From: the human T2T-CHM13v2.0 reference genome, Homo sapiens
DNA: 64,000 bases
Strand: one strand, 5' to 3'
Assembly (NCBI RefSeq): GCF_009914755.1
Contig: NC_060933.1
Below, one piece after another: positions 38,531 through 50,162 of this stretch (positions are counted from its first letter, which is position 1; each line of letters begins with the position of its first letter). The notes below the pieces were generated by a model. The model saw only the letters and a list, made by a program, of their open reading frames with translations, did not search any database and had not been told where the DNA came from. The translations under genes and the position numbers were made by a program.

Positions 38531-39329
38531 AAAAAAAAAAATTTTTTTTTAATTATTTATCATTCTCATTAGTACCCAACTTGACAAGACTTCTATGAAA
38601 AAGAAGCAGGAAGTTGATAAGTTTTGAATATCTGCATTTGTTTATATGATTCTAAATGCAAACATAAGGTTACGGGATCAAGGTAGATTGTAACCATAGA
38701 AGAAGCTATATCTGTTCCCTACACTTCAATTTCTTTCCCCCTTCTGGAAAGAAGAGCCATATGGATAGGCTGGCAAGTATGTGTGTCATACAAGAGAAGA
38801 GCCCTATAATTAAGAATCTGGGAGTTAATATACATGCTGTCCAGCTGACGTTCTTACCTCCTGAGAGAAGAGGAAATAATCTCTCCAATGTAAACAAAAT
38901 ATTGGGTAGAGAAGGGGAAGATTCCTAGGTTCTTACCTTTGGCATTCAAATAAATGTCTCTAGATGAGGGATAAGACAAGTGCTTTCAGGTTTATATCTC
39001 CTGGAAACTATCCAAGGATCCTGGTTTCATGCCCCTTGGAATATAAATATACAGACATGTTCAAACAAACAAGGACGTCATCAGGTAAAATTTGAAAAGC
39101 TGAAATAAGACCTCCACATGAAAACAGAGTTTTTCTGCATTAGAAAACCTAAAATAAAAAAAGAAACTTGATCCTAGGCATAAATTGGCACATGCCCAAA
39201 ATTAAATTATCAAGGCAAACAAGAAATCTCATAGGCATAAGGGACAAAACAAAGGTTAGAACAAGGTAGCCATTGCTACAGCCAGTGTTTTCAGAGTGGT
39301 TACAATGTTTCAAGACTTTTGATATGAAC

Positions 39330-40250
39330 TTCAGGAACTTATTCAGATGTGGGATTCAGACAGATAATGACAAGACAGAGAATAAGTTCTAGGAAGGGGA
39401 AAATTAAACAGGGCAGCAATCTCAGTAAGTTTTTGAAAATGGTCTGAGATGGCTGATTCTGGAATGATGAGTTGGAGTGAGTCAGTATAAAGACCAGGAA
39501 AGAATGTTCCAGAAGGGGATGGAAACAGGGGCGTATGATTTGATGGGAAGGGTTTGTTACTGTAAATGAAGGCAGAACCCTACGGATAAAACAAATTATG
39601 GCATGCTGCAGTGTTAAATAAGTTCACTGTGGTTGAACTGCAGGGTTTAATCAAGACAGGGTCAGGACATAAAGCTGGAGACATATACGTAGTTACGATC
39701 CTGCAAATGCTTATATGACAGGTCAGAAATTTGTATTTTATCCTTATAGCAAGAATTGCTTTTGAAGGATTTTAAGCAGAAGAGTGATCTATGAGAAATT
39801 TTCATTTTAGTCCTTTATGGTTCAAATCCTATGTCTACCATTTGACCTTGGGCCTAATAGATATTTCCTCCATGTCTTGGTTTCCTTATCTGTAGCATAG
39901 AGATAATAACAATACTTAATAAAGTTGTTGTAAGGATTAAAGGAGAATTATTTGGCAAGTGCATGACACATAGTAAATTTTCTACAAATAGCTATTATTA
40001 TTAAGGGATTTTAAACAGAAGAATAACATGATTGGAATTTAGGGAAGTCTTTCTGGCTGAATTGTGGAGGCAGATTCAGAGGTGTAAAATTGCAGGTAGA
40101 AAGAACAGTTAAGAAGCTGTTACACAAGAATCCAGAAAAGAGAAGAAGATCCTTTGAGATAGAGTATTAGCAAGGCACACAGAAATAGACACATACAAGC
40201 TATATTTAGAAGGAAGAAGCCATAGACAGAATGATTAAATGAATATAAGG
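39330..40250 (-). mobile_element. L2 fragments with a nested MIR
   Basis: TTTGAAGGATTTTAAGCAGAAGAGTGA resumes after the MIR as GGGATTTTAAACAGAAGAATAACATGATT. Confidence 0.6.
39815..40000 (+). mobile_element. MIR
   Basis: GGTTCAAATCC...TGACCTTGGGC...GTTTCCTTATCTGTA...GTTGTTGTAAGGATTAAA. Confidence 0.8.
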
Positions 40251-40387
40251 ATTGAGTTATTGAACCCCATACTTCTCTATAGCATTGAAAATTGTAATTC
40301 AATAATTAAACATTTGATGATGATTTTTATTGTTTCTGATTAACTGATTGATTGACTTTGTCTTTCCCTATCAGACCCGTTAGGTAT

Positions 40388-40677
<290 letters not shown>

Positions 40678-40739
40678 ATTTTCATCATTGTGTTATAGTG
40701 CATAAAAATAATAGACACGTTTTAATATGTTGAGTATTT

Positions 40740-42400
40740 TGTGTGGTAAGATGACTAATTTGGCTCTGGGAATATAAATGTGAGTATGATTTTATACTAC
40801 AAGATAGCAATCATCTGTACAGGGGTTGTACATGAAAATTTTAGCTGTTGGAGTGAGTGTGGTTATCTAGGAGGTAATATGCAGTGAGAAGACAGTGGGT
40901 TGGGCATAGAACCCTGAAGAACATGGACAGGTTGGGCAGGTAAAGGAAGAAAAGCCTTGAAAGGATTCTAAGAAAGAATGTCTGAAAATTGGAAGAAAGA
41001 CATGGAATTTGTGGTGTCAACAAAAGTGGAAAATGTTTTAAAAAGCAACAGCAATATAAAACAGTCTTTCACGCAATTAAACAGTAGGAAATGTTAAGAG
41101 GTCAAGTATAATAAATAGTAAGATACTGGCTAGCGAAGTTTACATAAATTACAGGATGAGGAATATAAGATTGAATTCAAGTAGCGACAATAAAATTTAA
41201 CTTTTTAGAAGTTACTGAGCTACAAAAAAAAAAAAAAGGTAGAAATAGGTAAGTAATTGGAAAGAGAAATTGTGTTGTGCAGATATGTGTGAAACTCCCT
41301 AAGTGTTGACAGGATAATTAGTAGAGTAAGAATCCTGAAAAGGTCAGGATTGGAGCTGGCATATGGAGAAATTATCACTGGGCAGGAGGAGGAATCCTTC
41401 TTCCACTATAAAAGAAGAGGAAAGGATGATCCAGGTACGTTTTCAGGTTCAGGGGCAGAAATTTGAGAGACTTATTTTCTCCATGCATCAGAAGGGGGGC
41501 CAAGATGGACACATGGGAATCCTAAAGAATGTGGATAACTATTAAAAGAGATATTGTGGAGAATAGAGGAGTGAAACAGGAACAAAGAAAGTTTGCTAGG
41601 TGGTAATGAAATTGGAAACCATTGTGTCATTTCCCTAAGCATTGCTTAAAAACCCAGGAATAGGGATAAAGAAGATAGACAGTAGGGCTGTTCAGGATTG
41701 GTGTGCCTCCAGGCTATTGTGATGGGTGGACAATGCATAAATCAGTAAGAGGACAATGTAAGAAAAAAAAACGAGTTAATGTTACAGGTTTTCATAAGAA
41801 GCAATTTTGGCCCCCAAACCCCAGGGGATATTTGACAATGTCTGGAGACCTTTTTGGTTGTCACAACTTGGGAGGGAGGTACTAATAGAATCTAGGGAGT
41901 AAAGGTCAGGAATTCTTCTAAACATCTTATACTACACAGAACAACCCCTCACAAAAAAGGATTTTTCTGGGTTAAAAAAATCTAAATTGGTTTGGGAATC
42001 AAGGAGAGGTAGAAGGGAGCTTACAGGGAAAAATAAGAGAATCAAAGTACAGAATGCCTTGTGTGGTAAAGAGCATAATTATATCAAGTGGAGAGAGGGA
42101 GGGAGAGAGAAAGACAGTGACAGAGGGTATGTGAATGAGAGGGAGAGAAGAAGGTCATGGTCTGAGAGTGGTTTATCATTGTTAGTGTTTCATTACATAA
42201 CATTTCAGAGTTGGAGCAGTCTGGGATGACAACAAATGTGTGCCCATAGAAATGAATGGCTGAAGCAGAGTGGAAGTGAAAATCACTAGAGATGAGTAAT
42301 TCAAGGATAATTTACATCACTCAGAATAATGGCTAGCCTAGGGAGAGGGACAAGGATATCAGTATAAGTGATAAAATCTTTAGTGAATAAGGTCTTGGAG
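40740..42400 (-). mobile_element. Degenerate L2 fragments
   Basis: GA-rich antisense L2-like segments such as GGGCATAGAACCCTGAAGAACATGGACA. Confidence 0.5.
41800..41987 (+). mobile_element. MER20 (hAT-Charlie)
   Basis: CCCCAGGGGATATTTGACAATGTCTGGAGACCTTTTTGGTTGTCACAACT. Confidence 0.88.
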
Positions 42401-42719
42401 GAAAGATTGTGACCCAGCAAATCTATTTGTATGTATAAAGTCTACATAAATAACACACAGGTCATCTATAGAAAAAAAAAGAATGAAAAGGAAATTGTAA
42501 AATATACTTAAAATATTTTCTAAAGGAGAAGAAAAATAGTGATTTTTCACTGGGTGGCATTTTTTCTATACTTTCTTAAATAAATATTTGTCCATGATAA
42601 GAATAAAAATTAGTAAACCTGAGAATAAAATACTTTAAAAAGGAAAGAAACAGTGAAATGTTGGTGTATAGTTCCCTCATAGCCCATCAGCTGAAATCTG
42701 CATAGTTGCTGCATTTAAA

Positions 42720-42836
42720 ATTATTATTTTGGATCCAGTCATTGCCTCATTTTACCTTAAAAAAGTATGTTTTGCTCTAAAATATAAAGGGAATATAAAG
42801 AGGTTCTGCAACTAGCTTATCAGAGCTGATATCATA
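42720..42836 (+). repeat. Local duplicate of a Gypsy pol segment (paired with 43903-43983)
   Basis: 42737-42814 is a near-identical direct repeat of 43903-43983; translates LDPVIASFYLKKVCFALKYK. Confidence 0.8.
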
Positions 42837-43319
42837 AATAACTTCCAATCTAAAAAGATGAGAATGTAGAAAACAAAACATACAGGATTCTGAGAAGAAA
42901 AGAGTGCCAAATTGTCAGAAAGGCCAAACATGCTATAAAATTATATTTAATTGCCCACCAAATATAAAACTAAGATTTTAATGAAACATGATTATCAGGG
43001 GGAAAAGGGCAATGCGTCACTAGCACAAAATTTACTGTTTAGATATGAAATTGTATGAGGAATGTATTGTACTTGTGTGGTAGAATTATGTATTTGTAAC
43101 TATTTGTATCTATTTTCCTGCTGTGGAATTCTAATGATCAATCCCATAGTCTTGAATAAGTAGCTTAAGATAAAGCCCTCCACTAATGTCATTCATTGTA
43201 ACTATATTTGCCATTCGTTGCTGTCTCCAAAACCTATCTAGCATAAGGACAATGACTACATGGCTCAAAAATTAGAGGAAAATTTTCTAATTATAATTAT
43301 CCACATAACAGTGCATCTT

Positions 43320-45280
43320 GTCAATGAGTCAGAAGAATGGAGGATATATGTTCTCTGCCCTCTCTTCATTTCAGCATAAATTCATCAATTCTTTGCACTA
43401 CTGATTAGAAGATGCAGAGTGAAGATTCAAGAGCATGCTAATTTGAGTCCTTCGTGATGCCCAGAAACATCTAGTGACATTAATTATCTAATAGAAAAAT
43501 TACTTATATCATGTTAAGATGATTTTGGGAATGATGCTTCTGCACCCCACAGGATTTTGCAGTAGTTAGCTTACGTGGCCTTGACCTACGGTTTTCTGCC
43601 TAGTAGCGATAATCAACAAAGGTATGTTCTGTAATACTTTCTTTTTATGTAAACTCTTTCCCCAAATTGTCAATTTCCCAAACTGTGGCCTCATTCTTGT
43701 AAGCCCTACTATGAACAAGGAGCATGGTTCCTTCACAGAAAAGTTTCCACTCACTCCTGAAAAGTGGAACATGAAAGGTATTTGGTAAGATATTTTGGAT
43801 ATGATGTCAAAAGTATACCTACCATTAGACTAGCCTAGCTAAAGGAATATGTTGACTAAATCACTGAGATATTCTCCAAGGAACTGGAGCTTATAAATAT
43901 CTAGTCATTGCCTCATTTTACCCTAAAACAATGTATATTTTGCTGTAAAATAAAAAAGGAAATATAAAGAGGTTCTGCAACTATTTATACAAGATTATCT
44001 TGAATCAGTTGTAATACTAACAGGGATTAATGCAGTCTGTGAAAATTGTTGTGGAGAATATGATCAATAGGTGAATAAACACAGTTGCTATTTATCTAAA
44101 CTGTTTAAACCCAGATAGTATCCTCAGTGATTGAAAAATGATTCTTTGATTTTTCTGTTTTTAAATGTAGTCCCTGACCACAAATTCCTTAATCTCACGG
44201 GAGGTAAATAAACCCCAACATGACACCAAAATCATATTTAGTGCTTAGAATCTATCTACTCCTTGCTATTTCTGAGAGGAAAATGTGTTTGCCAAACTTG
44301 ATCTAGACCAGGCTTATCAATAGGACAGTGCCCATAATAACACTGAAGAACCCCAAATAATCATCATTCATCATAAGACATTTGTTTCTTAGAGACCTTA
44401 TATTCTACTGTTAAAAGTATTTACCAGATATAATTTTAGGTATATCATTAATGCAACCAAAAGTTAATACATTTCTTAGAATTTATTTTACATCCAGAAA
44501 AATATATCCACCTGTGAGCAACCTCTCGAAAAAGCATCACACTGATTTCTAGATATTATTATTTGTGACAATAAATTTCCCTTTCCTTACTTTAAGAAGT
44601 TTATAAGATGTACATCTTCTAGTTTATAACCCTTATGAAGGCCAGGTTGAAAAGACAGTGCTATAGTTTGATAATGTTCTGAAACTGGTCATTGCAACAT
44701 CCTAGATTTGCCAAATATCTCAGCAGTTAAACATTCTAAAAAATAAGAGTCTAGCTCTGCCCTCTAACATATTATCTAGAGTTAATGGAATAACTTCAAG
44801 TCAAATAAAATATTTCGAATTCCAACTTAATCTGCCTCATCTCCTGTGTGTTTATGTATGTCACACATAAACACACAGAAATATCAAATTTTTGTCTCTT
44901 AAGGCAATCATTGCAAACCACAATCTTTATTTAGTTTTGCTAATAACTAAAGAGTTACATACAATGGCTAGGGTGTAGAGAGGCGATATGATATCTTCAG
45001 TCTCATAGATGGTGAAGAGGTCCTTCAGGGTGATGTGACAACCACAGAACATTTAGATGCACTTTTTATGAAGCCAACTGGGTATGAGTATTCGATAATA
45101 TCTCAGGGGATTTATCTGAATGACAATATGATAAAAACAGTAGCTCTTTAATGTCCAACACAACTGACAATATGGGATCACTTGCTATCCTTACATTTAC
45201 TAAAATTATATAAACACATACTTTATAAGTGGTACATAATTGCTGACTAAGGCTATATTAGCTAAGAAAGGAAGGGATTT
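43320..45280 (+). mobile_element. Decayed Ty3/Gypsy LTR-retrotransposon internal region (gag-RT-IN relic, Mag/K02A2.6-like)
   Basis: Hand translation: RT VFAKLDLDQAYQ*DSAHNNTEEPQIIIIHHKTF (44285-44383); integrase ASH*FLDIIICDN (44534-44572) and YNPYEGQVEKTVL*FDNVLK (44625-44684); motifs fall in Gypsy domain order. Confidence 0.75.
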
Positions 45281-46443
45281 TAATCCATGTCAAGGCAGCG
45301 TAGGTTTACATTTTTTAGTTCATGTGTTTACTTTTTTACCATAAGCAAGTTTATTAGCAAAAATTGTTTTGTTGAAATACATAATTCATTTAGAAGTCTT
45401 CCTCATCCCTTTGTAATGCTACAAGAATTTATACATATGCTTTTTTGTGCAAAATTTTAAAATAATGTGTATAAGTGAAAGTTATTCTGCACTAATTAAT
45501 GGAGTGTTACTTCCTATAAAAAGAAGACTAAAAATTAAATATTAAAATTATTAGAATAAAGTTCCATATATCTCGAAGCAACATTAGTAACTATTATAAT
45601 TAAGTATGACTAGACACAGTCAATACACTAAAATCTGAACCACAGTGTGTCTGGTCACCTTTGTATTTTTTCCTTTGCACATTACTAGATATCTAGTTAG
45701 TACATAATAAATGCTTATTAGAACAGGTTAATTATGGACACTTAAGGTCAAGCTATGAGATAAGTACATGAAAAAAATTGAACCAATTGCCTTATTATCA
45801 CACATTGTATTATAATAGTAGACATATTTTTGAAGAACTCTAGATTATTGTAGGCAATGATTTATCAGGAATGTTCTTTCTTCTAAAGGTTAATCAAATG
45901 AAAAGCTAGTGTCACTCTGTAGTAGAGAGATGATCCTAGAATGAAGGCAAGGTGTAGAATGAGGGTGAATAGCTTGCAAAATTGCTGCTTATGAAAGTTC
46001 CCACAAATATTCTGAGACAATGACACTTTAAATTGTAGGAAATTAAGACCTCTGAAATTTCTTTTGATCTCTGCTTCAGAGATGGAATAATACATCAGGA
46101 CTCTAATACCTCAGGATTTCAAAATTTACATATTATAATAGGGAAGACAATAAACTTAAAGCACATATAATTATGATTGCCCATAATCCAACTTTAAAAA
46201 AGAATAAACTATGGTATGAAGCAATTTGAGCATATTGCTTGCATTGGCTGCATAAAATATCAGAAATAGGGTGTTACCTTAAATTATAGCTCTTCCATTA
46301 ACTTTAATACAAAAACTTGAGATAACTGTTAAAAGAACTGCCAAAGGGCATAAAGTGTTTTTATCCAATTTTAGGCTTACCCTGATAATCAAAAGGGATT
46401 CTTTAGATGAAAGCACATGTTAGACCTTCAAAAATCAGTCTAA

Positions 46444-48470
46444 TTTCCATATATTTGTGAATTTTCTAGAATTCCTCCTGGTATTGATTTCTAGCTTCTT
46501 ATCACTGTGCTCAGAAAGTATTCTTAACATAATTTCAACCTTCTTAAATTTGCTGAGGCTTCTTTTGTGCCCTAACGTGTGGTCTATCCTAGAATTAAGA
46601 AACAGTTCCATTTACAATAGCTATGAAACAATGAAGTGCTTGGGAATAAATTTAACCAAGGAAATGAAAGGCCTGTACACTGGAAACTATACAATATTGA
46701 TGAAAGAAATTGAAGGAGACACAAATAAATGTCCGGTGTTCATGGATCAGAAGAATTAATGTTGTTAAAATGTCCATACTACTGAAAACAATATACAGAT
46801 TCAATGTAACCTCTATCAAAATTCCAATGTCATTTTTCATAAAAATAGAATAAACTATTTATTTTATAATTCATATGGAGCCCCAAAAAGAACCAAATAG
46901 CAATAGCAATCATGAACAAGAAGAGCAAAGCTAGAGATATCACATTACCTGATTTCAAACTATACTATAGAGCTGTAGTAATTAAAACAGCATGGTACTG
47001 GCAAATAGACACATTGACCAATAAAACAGAATATAGAGAGTCCAGAAATGAACCCACGCATGTTGGGTCCATTTATTTTCAACAAAGGAGCCAAGAACAC
47101 ATGATTTGAAAACATGAGTCTCTTCAATAAATAGCATTGGGAAAGCTGAATATTCATATGCAGAAGAACGAAATTGGACCCTTACCACACAACATATTAA
47201 CAAGTCAACTTAAAATGGATTAAAGACTTAAATGTACGACCAGAAACTGTAGAACCATTAGAAGTAAACATAGGAGAAAAACTATATCACATTGGTCTAG
47301 GCAATGAATTTTTGGATCTGATCCCACAAATGCAGGCAACAAAAGCAAAAATAGATGAAACTACATTAAACTAAAAAGATTCTGTACAGCAAAGGAAACA
47401 ACAGTGTGTAGAGACAATCTACAGACTGGGAGAAAATTTTTGCAAGCCATACATTCACTAAGGGATTAATATCCAAAACATACAAAAAACTCAAACAACC
47501 CAATAGCAAGAAAACAAAACAAAACAAAAAAAAACTCAATTAAAAAATGGGTAAGAGACAAGATTAGATATTTCTCAAGAAATGCTCAACATTGCTAATC
47601 ATAAGGGAAACACAAATTAGATACACAATTAGATATCATACCTGTCAGAATAGGTATTATCAAAAAGATGAAAAATAACACATGTTGGCAAGGATTTGGA
47701 GGAAAGGGAACTCTGTACACTGTTGATGGGAATGCAAATTAGTACAGCAATTATGGAAAACGATATGAAGATTTCTCAAAAAGCTAAAAATAGAATTACT
47801 ATATGATCCAGCAATCCCACTTCTGGGTATTTACCCAAAGGGTTTGAAATCAGTTTGTCAAAGAGAAGTAAGCTCTCCTATGTTCATTGAAGCACTATTC
47901 ACAGTAGCCAAGCTGTGGAATCAACCTGTGTCCCTGAACCGATAAAGGAAGAAAGAAAATGTGGTATACATGCATAAGGGAATACTAATCAGCCTTTAAA
48001 AAGAAGGAAATTATCTTAGTTGCTGCAACATGGATGGAATTGGAGAACATTAAGTGAAATAAGCCAGTTGTAGAAAAACAAATGTAGCATATGTTCTCAT
48101 TTAAATGTGGCATTTAGAACAATCAAACTCATAGGAGCAGAGTGTAGAATGTTGGTTGCTGAGGTTGGAGGTGGGAGGAATAAAGAGATGATGGTCAAAA
48201 TGCACAAAATCTCAGACAAGAAATACGTTTGTTTTAGTTCAACTTCAAGCATAATGAATATAATTAATAATAGAGCATTATAAATTTCAAAATCACTGAG
48301 ATTAAATTTCAAATGTTCTCACCACAAAAAATGTTAAGTAGGTGAGATGATGAATATGTTAACTAGATTGATTTAATTATTCCACATTGTATTAATAAAT
48401 CATAACGTCACTCAGTACCCCATAAATGTATATACATTGTCAATTTATAATTAAAAGAGAAAAACAAAAG
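46444..48470 (+). mobile_element. L1MA (MA4-8-like) with 5' inversion
   Basis: Antisense ORF2 46444-46590 joined to sense ORF2-3'UTR 46591-48470; 15-bp TSD CAAAAAT(C/T)AGTCTAA at 46429-46443 and 48471-48485. Confidence 0.9.
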
Positions 48471-49244
48471 CAAAAATTAGTCTAAAAAGTAGTTAAGAAT
48501 AAAGGTGCACTCACATATAGACATGGTTTCCCTACTCTTCTGAACCTCCCTCTTCTGATTAGTCTCTTTGTAGAAAGATTTACACTTCTATATACCAGAG
48601 GAATGTGTGATGCATTTATTTACTACCACAGACCATAATTTTCTGTTGCTTTTGCAAATAAAATGCCACAGATTATTTCTGTTGGATGAACCTCTTTGTT
48701 ATTCCTTCTGAAAAGCTTTGAAGAAAGGGTCATTTCATCTAAAGACAGAAAAAGAAACATAACATTGAACCGGATTCAACCATGATAGCTGTTTCTAAGG
48801 CAGAATTAAAATAGCATAATTTCAGCAATTTTCTTTTTTACACTAATACCATAGTTCATTATTTTATACATTGAGGCACTTTAGAAACACTCATATGCTT
48901 TTAATCTATCACTTACTAGTTGGCAATTACTACTTCATCTTCAGTCTTTATGCTCTTAAGAATTTTAACTCATAAAATAACATTGTTCTTATAATTGTGT
49001 AAAAACCACAGGAAAAGAAAAATTCCCTGTCTTTATCGGGCCCACTTGTGAACATTTTTATGTTCATTATGCTTATTATACTGTAACATGTTTTAAAATT
49101 AAGATGGATTTGCATGATCTCTTTGGAAAAAAGAGAAGAAATCAAGATATCGTTCTCACTGGACTAAATGGGGAAAGTACATTTAAAGGGGTTTCAAGAA
49201 AATTGAGGTCACTGCCCAGATTGCAAAATGAAGTTTAAAAAGTG

Positions 49245-49620
49245 TGCAGCCCTAAAAAAGGATAAGTTCATGTCCTTTGTAGGGACATGAATGAAGCTGG
49301 AAACCATAATTCTGAGCAAACTACCGCAAGGACAGAAAAGCAAACACAGCATATTCTCACTCACAGGTGGGAATTGAACAATGAGAACACTTGGACACAG
49401 AGCAGGGAACATCACAGACTGGGGCTTGCTGTGGGGTGGGGGGAGGGGGAGGGATAGCGTTAGGAGAAATACCTAATATAAATGACGAGTTGATGGGTGC
49501 AGCAAACCAACATGGCACATGTATACATATGTAACAAATCTGCACATTGTGCACATGTACCCTAGAACTTAAAGTATAATAAATACATAAATGAACAAAT
49601 AAATAAAATAAATAAAATAA
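49245..49620 (+). mobile_element. L1PA5/6-like 3' end
   Basis: AGTTCATGTCCTTTGTAGGGACATG through CCTAGAACTTAAAGTATAAT plus (TAAAA)n tail; TSD-like AAGTGTG on both sides. Confidence 0.92.
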
Positions 49621-49722
49621 AATAAGTGTGTGAACTAAAAGTTTGTACCACCTGGGGCTCATACCCAGGTGGAGTGGAGTGGTCCTGTATTATGCTTGCT
49701 ATGTGAGAAAAATCAAGGGACA

Positions 49723-49723
49723 A

Positions 49724-49786
<63 letters not shown>

Positions 49787-50162
49787 CGTGTATATGTGTA
49801 TATATGTACGTGTATATGTATATATATACGTGTATATATACGTGTATATGTGTATATATACATGTATATATGTATATATATAGTGTATATATATACGTGT
49901 ATATATGTATATATATACGTGTATATATGTGTATATATACGTGTATATATGTGTATATATACGTGTATATATGTGTATATATGTGTATATATACGTGTAT
50001 ATATACGTATATATACACGTATGTATATATACGTATATATACACGTATGTATATATACGTGTATATATACACGTATGTATATATACGTGTATATACACGT
50101 ATGTATATATACGTGTATATATACGTATATATACGTGTATAAACACGTATATCTACACACAC
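49723..50162. repeat. Compound (TA)n(TG)n plus TATATACGTG-type minisatellite
   Basis: Directly visible; produces the overlapping Y/I/V/T-rich artefact ORFs. Confidence 0.97.

Noticed and set aside
38531-38550. A11-T9 palindrome
   Set aside because: Trivial homopolymer juxtaposition at a transposon end
43050-43260. Possible 5' LTR and primer-binding site of the Gypsy relic
   Set aside because: I could not match it by eye to sequence after the putative PPT at 45277, so no LTR is called
42737-43983. Direct repeats as possible LTR pair or CRISPR-like repeats
   Set aside because: Only two copies, no TG...CA termini, and they translate as pol-linker sequence
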